The notes: generated by a model from the sequence alone, not told the origin. A DNA stretch of 61,249 nt from Myxococcota bacterium (GCA_036339465.1 JAYZAY010000004.1:1-61249), one strand, 5' to 3'; counted from the first letter of the stretch, positions 28,334 through 38,429 are shown. Numbers and translations: made by a program.

Positions 28334-28351
28334 AGGGAGCTTAGGCTCCCT
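28334..28351. terminator. Hairpin downstream of the aminotransferase stop
   Basis: AGGGAGC-TTAG-GCTCCCT, perfect 7-bp stem 15 nt past the stop; no strong U-tract. Confidence 0.45.
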
Positions 28352-28366
28352 GAGTTGTGGCAATAA

Positions 28367-29494
28367 TTAGAGAATGGTTTTTAGAACTTCTTCGAGTTTG
28401 GCGACGGTTCTATCTACATTGTGCAATTTATCTAAGCCGAACAAGCCCAAGCGGAAGGTTTGGAAGTCGGCTGGTTCGTCACATTGAAGTGGGACCCCGG
28501 CGGCGATTTGCACACCTTGGGCCGAGAATTTTTTGCCGGATTTTATTTCGGGATCTGTGGTATAGAAAACCGTCACGCCGGGAGCAGCAAATCCATCGGC
28601 AGCCACGCTCTTGAACCCGTTACTGGCTAAGAGAGTGCGCACTTTGTCGCCGAGCTCTTGTTGTTCGGCTTGGACTTTATCAAAGCCGTAGGCTTCGGTT
28701 TCCTTCATGACGTCCCGGAAGGTGGTGAGGCCATCGGTGGGCATGGTGGCATGATAGGCATGCCCACCGTTTTCGTACGCCGTCATGATTTGATGCCATT
28801 TTCGGAGATCGCACGCGAAACTGGTGCTGCTGGTATTTCCCATCTTTTTACAAGCCAGTTCACTGAGCATGACGAGGCCTGCGCAAGGGGATCCCGTCCA
28901 GCCCTTCTGAGGGGCGCTTACGAGAATGTCGACGCCGCAGTCTTTCATATCGACCCAGATGGCGCCGGAGGCAATGCAATCTAGGACGAACATTCCGCCA
29001 ACGCTATGGACGGCTTCGGCAACCGCTTTGAGGTAGTCATTGGGTAGAATCATGCCTGCGGAGGTCTCCACGTGGGGAGCGAAGACGATGTTGGGTTTCT
29101 CGGTTTTGATGGCTTTGACCACTTCTTCGATGGGGGCTGGGGCGAAGTGTGGATTGGGGCCATCTTCGGTGGGGCGTGCTTTGAATACCGTGGATTCAGC
29201 AGGGATCTTGCCCATGTCGAATATTTGGGTCCACCGGTAGCTAAACCAGCCGTTACGGATGACGAAGCATTTCTGACCGGTTGCAAATTGACGCGCCACA
29301 GCTTCCATGCCGAAGGTGCCGCTTCCGGGAACAACGACTACTGCGTTGGCGTTGTAGACTTTTTTTAGAGTGGAGGAGATATCATTCATGACTTCCTGGA
29401 AAGATTGGGACATGTGATTGAGAGCGCGGTCTGTATAGACCACGGAGTATTCCAGCAAACCATCGGGATCGATGTTGGGTAGTAAACCAGGCAT
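28367..29494 (-). CDS. PLP-dependent class V aminotransferase (alanine-glyoxylate/serine-pyruvate type)
   Basis: LLEYSVVYTDR, PGSGTFGME, HVETSAG, LDCIASG, SAPQKGW (PLP lysine), YHATMP. Confidence 0.92.
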   Translation of the reverse strand: MPGLLPNIDPDGLLEYSVVYTDRALNHMSQSFQEVMNDISSTLKKVYNANAVVVVPGSGTFGMEAVARQFATGQKCFVIRNGWFSYRWTQIFDMGKIPAESTVFKARPTEDGPNPHFAPAPIEEVVKAIKTEKPNIVFAPHVETSAGMILPNDYLKAVAEAVHSVGGMFVLDCIASGAIWVDMKDCGVDILVSAPQKGWTGSPCAGLVMLSELACKKMGNTSSTSFACDLRKWHQIMTAYENGGHAYHATMPTDGLTTFRDVMKETEAYGFDKVQAEQQELGDKVRTLLASNGFKSVAADGFAAPGVTVFYTTDPEIKSGKKFSAQGVQIAAGVPLQCDEPADFQTFRLGLFGLDKLHNVDRTVAKLEEVLKTIL

Positions 29495-29649
29495 TTTCTT
29501 CTCCGCTCTTTGAGTCGTAAAGTCGGGAACTGCCCGACTTGGGTCGTTGATAATATGATGGCTTCTAAAAGTGAAGCTCAAATACATCCTGAATGGGGAG
29601 TCTCGGTATTTTCCGGTGTGTGTTGGGTTTTCGAAAACGTTTTCTGCTT

Positions 29650-30975
29650 CTAGGGATTAAACATGGCACATTTTTCTGTGAGGGGAGTTTTGTCTCGGGC
29701 CGAGAGCCGGAGCAAAGGGGCTTTTTCTTGAATCGCCCGGGCGATGGCGGTGGCCATTTGCCATGGTCGGGAGTTTGGGTTGGGGGTGGTGTTTGGGTAG
29801 GCGAAGGGAACAAGTCGGTCGTATTCTTGGGTGTTGGTCATGAAGGGGCCTTCGATGAGGAGCACGGGGCCTTGGGTGCGCTTGAGGAGGGCGAGGTTGC
29901 GGGCGTAGACACCGGGGCTATTTTTGAGGGGAAGTCGGTTGATACGTTCTTCGGCGGGAATGAGGGGGAGTTTGAGTTCGGTGCCCATGGTGTGGGCGAC
30001 GTGGTTGGCGATTTCGTGGGTTCGGTGGAGGGAGTTTTCTAGGAGCCGCCTGAGGCCGTAATAGCGGCCGGTGAGGCTTTGGAGCTCGTGGGCCATGAAA
30101 TTACCAGGGAGAAAGAGCATCAGGTGGTTGACGTGTCTATTTGTGGAGGCATTGTAGTGGAGCGATAGGGTGAGGTCCACTTTGCAACTATTCACAAATT
30201 GCGATCGCCGTCGCAAATCGAAAAACTTGAAGAGTTTGAAGCGTTTGTTTTCCATGGTGTTCTCTTTGGCGAGTTCTAGGGCCCGGATAGCAATACGGGC
30301 GGGGTGGAGCCAGAGCCAGAATCGAGTGAGGGCGTTGGTTTGCTGATGTCTGAGCCAGTAAGCGGCTTCCCGAGTTTCGTCGAAGTGAGGAGGTAGGTAG
30401 GTGTCAAAGCTTTGGGTGGGTGGGGCTTGGCGGGTGAGAATGATTTCGGCGCCTTGGGCTTCGAGGTGTTGCTTGAGGTGGAGGGCTGTGGCGTAGGTGA
30501 GGTCGCCCTCCTTGACGGGCTTTTTGTCTTTGACGGGGTAGTGGCGGTGTTCGATTTCGGACCAGGCGCCACCGAAGTGGCCGGGATCCAGAGCGATACG
30601 CACACCCATTAGGGGTTTGGGTTCACCGGTTGCTTGGGTTGGGGCGGGGGTGGTTGTGTTTTGAATGAAGGGAATGACGATGGGTGATGTTTGGCGGTTG
30701 GGGCTTTCGTATACTTTGATGCCTTCGGGTTGTACGAGCATGAAGTTCTTGAATTGACCGAGGGGGTCCACCCGGGGGAGCCAGTGCTTGAAGGTGTCGG
30801 CTTGGAGGGGTGGGGTTTCGGTTTGGAGGGCTTGAAAGTCGGCCCAGGTGATTTCTTCTGCCCAGGGATTTTCAGTGAAGGGCAGTGGCCAGAGACTCCA
30901 TACGGTGAAGGTCATCACGATGGCAACCAATCCCAATTGCAAAATGGCCCTGCTCATGGGCGTTTCAAATCTCAT
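29650..30975 (-). CDS. N-acetylmuramoyl-L-alanine amidase (Amidase_3), membrane-anchored
   Basis: N-terminal TM helix; IALDPGH, EGDLT, ILTR, LSLHYNA, LLIEGPFMTN zinc/catalytic motifs. Confidence 0.85.
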   Translation of the reverse strand: MRFETPMSRAILQLGLVAIVMTFTVWSLWPLPFTENPWAEEITWADFQALQTETPPLQADTFKHWLPRVDPLGQFKNFMLVQPEGIKVYESPNRQTSPIVIPFIQNTTTPAPTQATGEPKPLMGVRIALDPGHFGGAWSEIEHRHYPVKDKKPVKEGDLTYATALHLKQHLEAQGAEIILTRQAPPTQSFDTYLPPHFDETREAAYWLRHQQTNALTRFWLWLHPARIAIRALELAKENTMENKRFKLFKFFDLRRRSQFVNSCKVDLTLSLHYNASTNRHVNHLMLFLPGNFMAHELQSLTGRYYGLRRLLENSLHRTHEIANHVAHTMGTELKLPLIPAEERINRLPLKNSPGVYARNLALLKRTQGPVLLIEGPFMTNTQEYDRLVPFAYPNTTPNPNSRPWQMATAIARAIQEKAPLLRLSARDKTPLTEKCAMFNP

Positions 30976-31665
30976 TTCGGGTAGGAAAGCAAGATGTCGA
31001 GATTATGGACTCATTCTCTGTTTTCTGAGGGTCGGTCAATGGGGAAGGCGCCCACGAAAATTCTGTCTCTGATGCTGGTTGATGTAGATGCTAGGGCTGT
31101 ATTTAAGGGAGAAAACTTTCTCTTTGTGGTTCTGGTGTGGTCTTGTTTTTCTCTTTGTTTCTCAATCGTGAAAAACGAAGAGATGAATGTGAGTCGCATA
31201 ACAAGGCATAACCCCGAATTGTTTGAGAACGAGAGTCCCTTTTTTTGGGGCGACCCCTGCGGGTTGCCCTGCTTTGGGTTTGGTTAGCGTGTTCTTTGAG
31301 GAGGCTCGTTGCGGGGGAGAGGGTAAGTTTTCGGATATTGGCGCAGGAAAGAGATTTTTCCTGATTTCATCCAAGTTTTATTCAATGGGACAGTAAAATG
31401 CCGGTTTTCTTTCATGAAATTCTCGTTTTGTGGCGCGCAAAAGCAGTCTTTTTGGACCTAATTTTGGTTGGCGCCATCGATTGAAATGACAAGTTTGTAG
31501 AAAAAATGGCTGTTTTCTTTCCTAGAGGTTGCTGGATGTTTGCTCTTTACGTGACAACGGAAGGCTTTAGAAGAGAGGGTTTAGTGATGAAAACTACGAT
31601 ATAACAACGACTTCCTGGCGTTGTGGTGGGTGTGTCTCCGGTTTCGGGAAAGTTGGCCGGAAAGT

Positions 31666-31681
31666 TGGCATCGTCCTTGCT
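31666..31681 (+). promoter_or_regulatory. Sigma54 (-24/-12) promoter of the nitrate transporter gene
   Basis: TGGCATCGTCCTTGCT has exact GG-N10-GC spacing, about 130 nt upstream of ATG 31814. Confidence 0.75.
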
Positions 31682-31813
31682 TCTTGAGTTCCTGAAACCA
31701 AGCTCGAGTCGAGAGTTACAAATAAGAAGAAGTTGGGGAAGTGTAAAACCAACGGATTTTACACCGAAGCCATTCGAAGGTTCCAGCAGCTTGGAGAGGA
31801 GTGGAAAGATATC

Positions 31814-33136
31814 ATGGATCAAAAAGCGACAAAAATTGACCTTTTCAGCTTTCGAACTCCACAAATGAGGGCTTTCCACGTCTCGTGGGTGTCTTTTTTC
31901 TTCTGCTTTTTCTCTTGGTTTGGGGTTGCTCCCTTGATGGCCATTATTCGCGATGAGTTTGGTTTAACCAAGACCCAGGTCGGCAATACGATTATCGCTT
32001 CAGTGGCGGCAACGGTTTTTGCGCGACTGGTCATCGGTTCAGCCTGTGATCGCTATGGGCCGAGAAAAACCTACAGTGCCCTTTTGGTGATTGGTTCTAT
32101 TCCTGTTTTCTTAATGGCTCTCTCAACGGGCTATCATTCATTTCTCATTTTACGTCTCCTGGTGGGATGTATTGGTGCTTCTTTTGTGATCACCCAATAC
32201 CACACTTCCATGATGTTCGCTCCCAATGTTATTGGCACGGCCAATGCCACCACTGCGGGTTGGGGAAATATGGGCGGAGGGGCCACACAGTTTCTCTTAC
32301 CACTCGTCTTTGCCATGTTCATGGGGTTTGGGTTTTCTGAATCTATGAGTTGGCGGCTTTGTATGGTGGTTGCTGGATGCATTTGTTGTCTCTTGGGTGT
32401 CATCTATTACAATTTCACGCAGGACACGCCGACAGGAAATCTTAGCGATTTAAAACATGGCCAAGATGATGGGGTTGTTGAGGTCAAGCCTGGTTTTCTT
32501 GCTGCCGCTGGGGATTATCGGGTGTGGTTGCTTTTTATTGGCTATGGAGCGTGTTTTGGTTTGACGCTTACCTTCAATAATATTGCGGCTCTCTATTTCA
32601 ATGACTTTTTTGGCCTATCCCTTAAGACGGCCGGGCTCGTTGCTGCTTTGTATGGGGGGATGAATATTTTTGCCCGATCGCTTGGGGGATTTATAAGCGA
32701 TAAATTGGGTATGAAATGGGGTTTGAAGGGACGGGTGAAGTTCCTCATGGGGATGCTCTTTATCGAGGGTCTTCTCTTAATGGTGTTTTCTCGGGTGACT
32801 ATTTTTCCCTTGGCCATTGTGAGTATGATTGCCTTGGCTATTTCGGTGCAGATGTCTGAAGGCGCGACCTTTTCGGTGGTGCCCTTTGTGAATCAAAAAG
32901 CGATGGGCTCGGTGGCGGGTATCGTAGGCTCTGGGGGAAATGTGGGTGCCATTTTGGCGGGATTCCTATTGCGGGAAGAATCGATTGCCTGGCCGGATGC
33001 CCTTTTTATCCTAGGGTTGATTGTTTCTATCTTGGCTTTTGTGGTGGGTGGTGTTCGTTTCTCAAATCAGACCGAATCGGAAGTTGCTTCCCAGGTTCAA
33101 AGAGGCGATTCTGCGTTGGTGGGTTCCGGGGCGTAG
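31814..33136 (+). CDS. NarK/NRT2-family nitrate/nitrite MFS transporter
   Basis: MRAFHVSW.SFF.CF..WF..APL, ARL..G..CDRYGPR, IGTANATTAGWGNMGGG nitrate signature, ARSLGG..SD, GIVGSGGNVG. Confidence 0.93.
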   Translation: MDQKATKIDLFSFRTPQMRAFHVSWVSFFFCFFSWFGVAPLMAIIRDEFGLTKTQVGNTIIASVAATVFARLVIGSACDRYGPRKTYSALLVIGSIPVFLMALSTGYHSFLILRLLVGCIGASFVITQYHTSMMFAPNVIGTANATTAGWGNMGGGATQFLLPLVFAMFMGFGFSESMSWRLCMVVAGCICCLLGVIYYNFTQDTPTGNLSDLKHGQDDGVVEVKPGFLAAAGDYRVWLLFIGYGACFGLTLTFNNIAALYFNDFFGLSLKTAGLVAALYGGMNIFARSLGGFISDKLGMKWGLKGRVKFLMGMLFIEGLLLMVFSRVTIFPLAIVSMIALAISVQMSEGATFSVVPFVNQKAMGSVAGIVGSGGNVGAILAGFLLREESIAWPDALFILGLIVSILAFVVGGVRFSNQTESEVASQVQRGDSALVGSGA

Positions 33137-33300
33137 TTTATCTCCTGCAGCAGAAAGGCTTTTGTGGCGATGCTGTGAGACAACCTTGGTGGGGTTGGTT
33201 TCTATGTTGCTCCCCCAATCGTTCCGGTTGATTTGCTCTGGTTTTATCCAATCTAGATTTACGTTGCTTTCTTAAGCCACTGGTTTACCAGGACATAATC

Positions 33301-33329
33301 TTGACATTTATGGAAGGCGTAAGTAACTT
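33301..33329 (+). promoter_or_regulatory. Sigma70-type promoter TTGACA-N17-TAACTT
   Basis: Perfect -35 box, 17-nt spacer, TAnnnT -10 box, 44 nt before ATG 33374. Confidence 0.55.
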
Positions 33330-33373
33330 AGGATGAGTTTGTGTGAAAATCGAAAAGTGGATTTACAAATTTC

Positions 33374-34552
33374 ATGAAAATGGTGCCAAGGAAAGAAAAA
33401 GACAATATAATTAATAGTTTAAGCTATTTCCCTGCCGTTTGTATTTTAGGGCCCCGGCAGGTTGGTAAGACCACATTGGCCAAAAAGTTGGTGGCTCAGG
33501 GAGATGCCCTTTATCTAGATCTGGAAAAGCCAAGCGATCTTAGCAAGTTGGAAGACCCAGAAACCTATCTTTCGTTTCATCGGGACAGGCTGGTTTGTTT
33601 AGACGAAATTCAAAGACGACCGGAGATATTTCCCACTTTGCGGGCTTTAATCGACGAGAATAAGAGACCTTCTCGGTTTTTACTTCTCGGTTCGGCATCG
33701 CCCGAATTGCTTCGACAGTCATCTGAAACTCTGGCCGGTCGGGTTGCTTATCATTTTGTGAACCCATTTTCTTTGAGCGAAATGCAAAGTGTCGAAAATG
33801 AGGCGGATCAGAGCTTGTGGCAAAAAGGAATCTGGCGAGGAGGTTTTCCTGATAGCTTTTTGGCCCCTTCCGATGATTTGAGTTTAAGCTGGCGGGATAA
33901 TTTTATCCTTACCTTTCTAGAGCGTGATTTGCGGCAAATGGGAATTCAAGTATCCAGTGAGAAAATGCGGCGACTCTGGGTTATGTGTGCACACTCCCAA
34001 GGACAAGTAGTCAACTATTCGAAAATTGGGCAGGCCTTAGACCAAACCCACCCAACCATTAAGAGTCATATTGATATTCTTCGTTCCACTTTCATGATGA
34101 CCACCTTGTCACCATGGGAAGCGAACGTGAAAAAGAGATTGGTGAAATCTCCAAAGGTTTATTTACGGGACCAAGGTCTATTTTGCTCCCTTATGGGAAT
34201 TTCCTCATTTGAAGATCTTTTTAATCATCCAAGTTATGGTCTGGTTTGGGAAGGCTTCGCCATAGAGCAAATCATTACGCGTATCGGTCGAGAACCTTTT
34301 GGATATTTTAGAACCCACACGGGTGATGAAATTGACCTTCTCTTTCGGTATCAAGGAAAAACTCATGCGGTTGAATTCAAAACCTCAAAAAGCCCGAAGG
34401 TATCATCAAAAATCGAAACGTACTTAGAAAAGCTTTCGATTGACTCTTTTTGGGTGCTTGCTCCCGAAGTGGAAAAATACCCGATTTTCAAGGGTAAGGG
34501 CACCGTGCTTAGCTTAAATCACTTTCTGGAAGAGAGTTTTTGGCAGTCTTGA
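33374..34552 (+). CDS. AAA_14 ATPase with a C-terminal DUF4143 (PD-(D/E)xK-like) domain
   Basis: Walker A GPRQVGKTT, Walker B LDEIQR, LLGSAS, ETLAGR, RGGFP, KRLVKSPKVY.RD.G, EIDL...AVEFK. Confidence 0.92.
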   Translation: MKMVPRKEKDNIINSLSYFPAVCILGPRQVGKTTLAKKLVAQGDALYLDLEKPSDLSKLEDPETYLSFHRDRLVCLDEIQRRPEIFPTLRALIDENKRPSRFLLLGSASPELLRQSSETLAGRVAYHFVNPFSLSEMQSVENEADQSLWQKGIWRGGFPDSFLAPSDDLSLSWRDNFILTFLERDLRQMGIQVSSEKMRRLWVMCAHSQGQVVNYSKIGQALDQTHPTIKSHIDILRSTFMMTTLSPWEANVKKRLVKSPKVYLRDQGLFCSLMGISSFEDLFNHPSYGLVWEGFAIEQIITRIGREPFGYFRTHTGDEIDLLFRYQGKTHAVEFKTSKSPKVSSKIETYLEKLSIDSFWVLAPEVEKYPIFKGKGTVLSLNHFLEESFWQS

Positions 34553-34990
34553 TATGACATCTTTCAGCGTTGGTGTCAGTTCAAGAGAGGAACCGTTTGA
34601 GCGCCCATTGAGGAATTGGTGTCAGGTTGTCATACAGTCTTGTTGAGTAAAGACGGATTCTACGATTGGCATGGGGATGTTTTCATTCACCGAGGGTGGG
34701 AGCACTGGCCAATGGGTTGAAATTTGACGGCCCGAGCGGTGGCATGTGGAAATGGTGGGTTTGGACGGCGACTGAGGTGATTGTGGGAGGGAACTGTGGC
34801 TGGGGTTGGCCACCTGCGAGTCGGACCGATAGGGATGCGGGGTGGGCGTTGGTGTCGTCCCCGATTAAAGCCAGTATTTATAAAGCCTTAGGGGGTAATT
34901 GTACCCCTAAGGCATGTCGGTTAAGTTTCCTGATTTCCGATGTAAAAAATAAAGCAACTTCGCATCGGTGGGGACGATAACTTCCCTGCT

Positions 34991-36676
34991 ATGAAAATGT
35001 CAGACGTCAAAAATCCTATTGTTAGTAGAGGTGGTCAGCAAAAAGTTGCCGCCGAAACAAAAACAAACGCCACGATTGTTTCTGTAAAAAACGAGGATGT
35101 CCTGTCGAGCGTTCCGACTGGACTCTCTTTGAGCAGGGGCTCTGTTTCGCCTCGATTGCCTGCTCGTTCTTTAGAGAGAAAAAAACCAGCCGCTGTTTAT
35201 TATATGAAAACAGGGGAATGGGGCCCCACAGATCCGGTGTGTGTCCCTTATCCTCATGCTACCTCCGTCAGCGCTCCGATAGTGGATTCCATTCCGCTTA
35301 ATCAACACGTACGTTGTATTATTGGTGATCAAATTGTCGAAGGTCGGTTCGATGGATGGGACTATAAAGCGCGTCCCAAGATAAAAACAGATTCAGGAAC
35401 ACGTATTGGTACTTGGGAAAAGATTGAAGTGGTGGGTACATGTAGGAAGGTTATTCCCGCACGAACCATGGAAGGTCTTCCGGCAACGAACATTCTAAAG
35501 CCGCCGGCACGCCTTAAGCGTGCGCTGAAGAAGGCCATGCAACAAAAAGTAACCGGAACCCATACGGCCAATGAATACCTCGAGGCTTTCCACCGTGAAG
35601 GTTATCCCATGTATGTGGTGGGTGGCGCTATTCGAGACGCAATCTATCTTTTGAAACAAAAGCCTGAGGCAACAGACAAAGAAATTATTGACCTGATGAA
35701 AGATATCGATGTGGTAACCACCGCACCGCCGGCGGTTTCTCGCCGGATTGCGAAAGAAGTTGCACCGGAATACGATGGCGCCATCTTCTCACCCGAAATT
35801 GTAGACCAATTCGGGTGTGTTTTGGTCGGAGGATCTAAAGCGGGACTTCCAGACTCAGCGGGCATTGATATTGTTTCCATTCGTGATGGTTTTGTTACTG
35901 GTCGACCACAATTTCATCCAGACACGGCTGAGAAAGCGATTCCTGGAACGTTTGGTTATCGTCTCGTCGATGACGTTAATGGCCGAGATTTTACGTGTAA
36001 TTCTCTCTATTACGACCCCCTCAGTGAAACCATTATAGATCCCACGGGTAGTGGTATTGCGGATGCGCAGAATAAGATTCTAAGGTTGGTGGATGAAAAG
36101 TGGTTGAGTTACGATAGTAATACAATTTTTCGTTACTATAAATTCAAGCTCCGTGGTTTCAGTGGAGCCCCTCACCAAAGGGCTCTCATGAGGCGTACTG
36201 GATTCAAGAGCTTGAGAAAGCAATCTGAGTGGAAGGTGATTGCCAATATCACCAAGATTGCTCCCAAGGGCATAGCGACCAAGAAAGAGGCTCGTGCTTT
36301 TCTGGAAGAGTTGAGAATGAGTATGACTGAAGATGGAAATGGCGACCTCTACGCTCAATTCATTGAGCCGGTTGAGGATAAAATTACGACGCTCATCGAA
36401 CGAAAACATCGCTATATTTCCGAGGGGACGAGCTATTGGACTTATGCACTTTATGCGACGGGTGCGGGTGCTATTGGAACTGCGGCCGTGGCTTATCTGA
36501 ATCCCGATGCTCGCAAGGCTCTTACGGACGTGTGGGTAGTTGCGAAGCCCAAAGTAGAGAAAAAACTCGAAGAGTTTAAGGAAAGAGCTGAGTCGATGGT
36601 GTCTGAAGAAAACCGTGCAATCGTCTCCAGCCTATGGGGATATGCCGCTAACTCTATCGGAAGTTATTTTCGATGA
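34991..36676 (+). CDS. Class II (CCA/poly(A) polymerase head-domain) nucleotidyltransferase-like protein with an N-terminal extension and C-terminal hydrophobic helix
   Basis: YVVGGAIRD, DIDVVT, IDIVSIR, GRDFTCNSLYYDP, IIDPTG.GIAD...KILR; no HD domain. Confidence 0.8.
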   Translation: MKMSDVKNPIVSRGGQQKVAAETKTNATIVSVKNEDVLSSVPTGLSLSRGSVSPRLPARSLERKKPAAVYYMKTGEWGPTDPVCVPYPHATSVSAPIVDSIPLNQHVRCIIGDQIVEGRFDGWDYKARPKIKTDSGTRIGTWEKIEVVGTCRKVIPARTMEGLPATNILKPPARLKRALKKAMQQKVTGTHTANEYLEAFHREGYPMYVVGGAIRDAIYLLKQKPEATDKEIIDLMKDIDVVTTAPPAVSRRIAKEVAPEYDGAIFSPEIVDQFGCVLVGGSKAGLPDSAGIDIVSIRDGFVTGRPQFHPDTAEKAIPGTFGYRLVDDVNGRDFTCNSLYYDPLSETIIDPTGSGIADAQNKILRLVDEKWLSYDSNTIFRYYKFKLRGFSGAPHQRALMRRTGFKSLRKQSEWKVIANITKIAPKGIATKKEARAFLEELRMSMTEDGNGDLYAQFIEPVEDKITTLIERKHRYISEGTSYWTYALYATGAGAIGTAAVAYLNPDARKALTDVWVVAKPKVEKKLEEFKERAESMVSEENRAIVSSLWGYAANSIGSYFR

Positions 36677-36868
36677 GTCGTGGGGTTCTCCATTTTGTCA
36701 GCGCTAATTTCTAGCATTTTTGTTCAATCAAGCTCTCCAATCCCCTCGAACTAAAGCAAGTAATCCACCGCTCATAGGCTTTCGTTGGCTAAAACTTGGA
36801 CAGGCAGACTTCAAAGCGTGTACGGTAGAATAGGGTTGTTAATCGCAAGGTTAGCGAAACGGAGGGAA

Positions 36869-37345
36869 ATGATGTCAAGTGATGTGGGTGTGCTTTTTTC
36901 CGTGCCAATTAGTGACCTGGGACCTTCTATTCCCATTTCTGTTCCAGTGGGCACTTCTTTAGGGAACGCAGTGGCTAAGATGCAAGATCATCGTATTGGG
37001 TGTCTCTTGATTACCAGTGACGAAAAGTTGGTAGGGGTGCTTTCGGAAAGGGATTTTCTTCTGAAAGTGATTGGAAAAGGCGTGGATATCGAGACGGCGA
37101 TAGTTGATGATTTCATGAGCAAAGAACCTGAGGTTTTGGGAAATCATGATGCCGTGGCTTTTGCCATGAACCGTATGAATTTGGGAGGGTATCGGCATGT
37201 GCCTTTGGTCGATGTTGATGGTCGTCCTGTGGGAATGGTGTCTGTGAAGGATATCGTGAATTATGTGGTCGACAGTTTTCCCGAGATGGTTCTTAATTTG
37301 CCCCCCACGCCTCGGGTTTTTTCAGTGGATCGCGAAGGTGCTTGA
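36869..37345 (+). CDS. CBS domain pair protein
   Basis: RBS GGAGG; LVGVLSERD and YRHVPLVD..GRPVGMVSVKDI CBS motifs. Confidence 0.9.
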   Translation: MMSSDVGVLFSVPISDLGPSIPISVPVGTSLGNAVAKMQDHRIGCLLITSDEKLVGVLSERDFLLKVIGKGVDIETAIVDDFMSKEPEVLGNHDAVAFAMNRMNLGGYRHVPLVDVDGRPVGMVSVKDIVNYVVDSFPEMVLNLPPTPRVFSVDREGA

Positions 37346-37591
37346 ACACTTAATACTTTGGATTGTATGTACTTAGAGTTCATCCATCCTTGACAGCTAT
37401 GTGCAAGGCTAGGTAGGCGTTTTGTGATTCCGGGGCTGCTTATGCGGCGCAACCTTTCAAATTAAAAATCCCAAGTTCCTGTAATAACAACAAAAGGTTT
37501 GGGGAAATGAATGTTTCATGGCACCTCTGATACGAGAGTTTGGGAGGTTCTTAATGCATACACACTTCTTTTTCATGGTTTGGAGAGAGTG

Positions 37592-37984
37592 ATGATTGAT
37601 GATTTTAAGATACGACCGGGCTTGATTGCTGGGTTCTGTCTGGGGGTATTTGGACTGTCTGCTTGTGGCACCTTTGGCACGTCAATTCCGATACAACCCA
37701 CGGCCGAGGCGCTAACCCATTGGCAAACATATACGCTGACTGATTCCGTAATTGAGAATCAGACCTGGAGCGAAACTTACGACGAGAATGGCGATGTTAT
37801 TTATACCGAACACGACCACGATGGCGATGGGCATGGGGATTTGGCATGGGCTCCCGTTTATAATGCGGATGGCACCTATAGAAACACGCGTTACCTCATT
37901 CCCGGCGCCAATGAGTGGCTCGATTTGAGTCATTTGGTGATTGATGGTGACGTGCTTAAGAGTACGACCGTTAAAGTTCAGTGA
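37592..37984 (+). CDS. Small hypothetical lipoprotein
   Basis: Lipobox GLSAC; one YDENG...DHDGDGHGD...YNADG repeat-like unit. Confidence 0.55.
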   Translation: MIDDFKIRPGLIAGFCLGVFGLSACGTFGTSIPIQPTAEALTHWQTYTLTDSVIENQTWSETYDENGDVIYTEHDHDGDGHGDLAWAPVYNADGTYRNTRYLIPGANEWLDLSHLVIDGDVLKSTTVKVQ

Positions 37985-38429
37985 TTTTTCGGGTGATGCA
38001 CTTGCTGTCTCTGGTACTCTCCAGTGCACGATTCTCCAAAGACCGAAACATAGGAGGATGGACCAAAGAAGCGGCGTGGCATTTTGGTCTAGGTTTAAAC
38101 TCCAACAAACGCCAAAATACCCTGGTATCACCATGGTAATTCCAGGTTTCTATATATCGGTTCTTATGTTCCTCCTGCTTGATTGAGCAAAGCTTTAGGG
38201 CATGCCAAAAATAGTCTTGGTCTCTTTTTCTCTCATTTCTACGGTGGCCTCCTAAGCAGGTTTTTCAAGGTGAGTTGACCGAATTTGGTTTTTCCTATGG
38301 GCGAGCAAGGCCTATGCCTATTTCATGGGTGGATTATGACTTGAGGCGGGGACGTAAGTCATTGAGGACATAAAATAAGTTTGCGTTCCGAGGAGGGCGC
38401 TCTAGGAGGGGGCGATGGTGGCTACGAAG

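Noticed and set aside
31450..31480. Possible NtrC binding site upstream of the sigma54 promoter
   Set aside because: GGACC-N6-TGGTTG is too far from the GCAC-N7-GTGC consensus.
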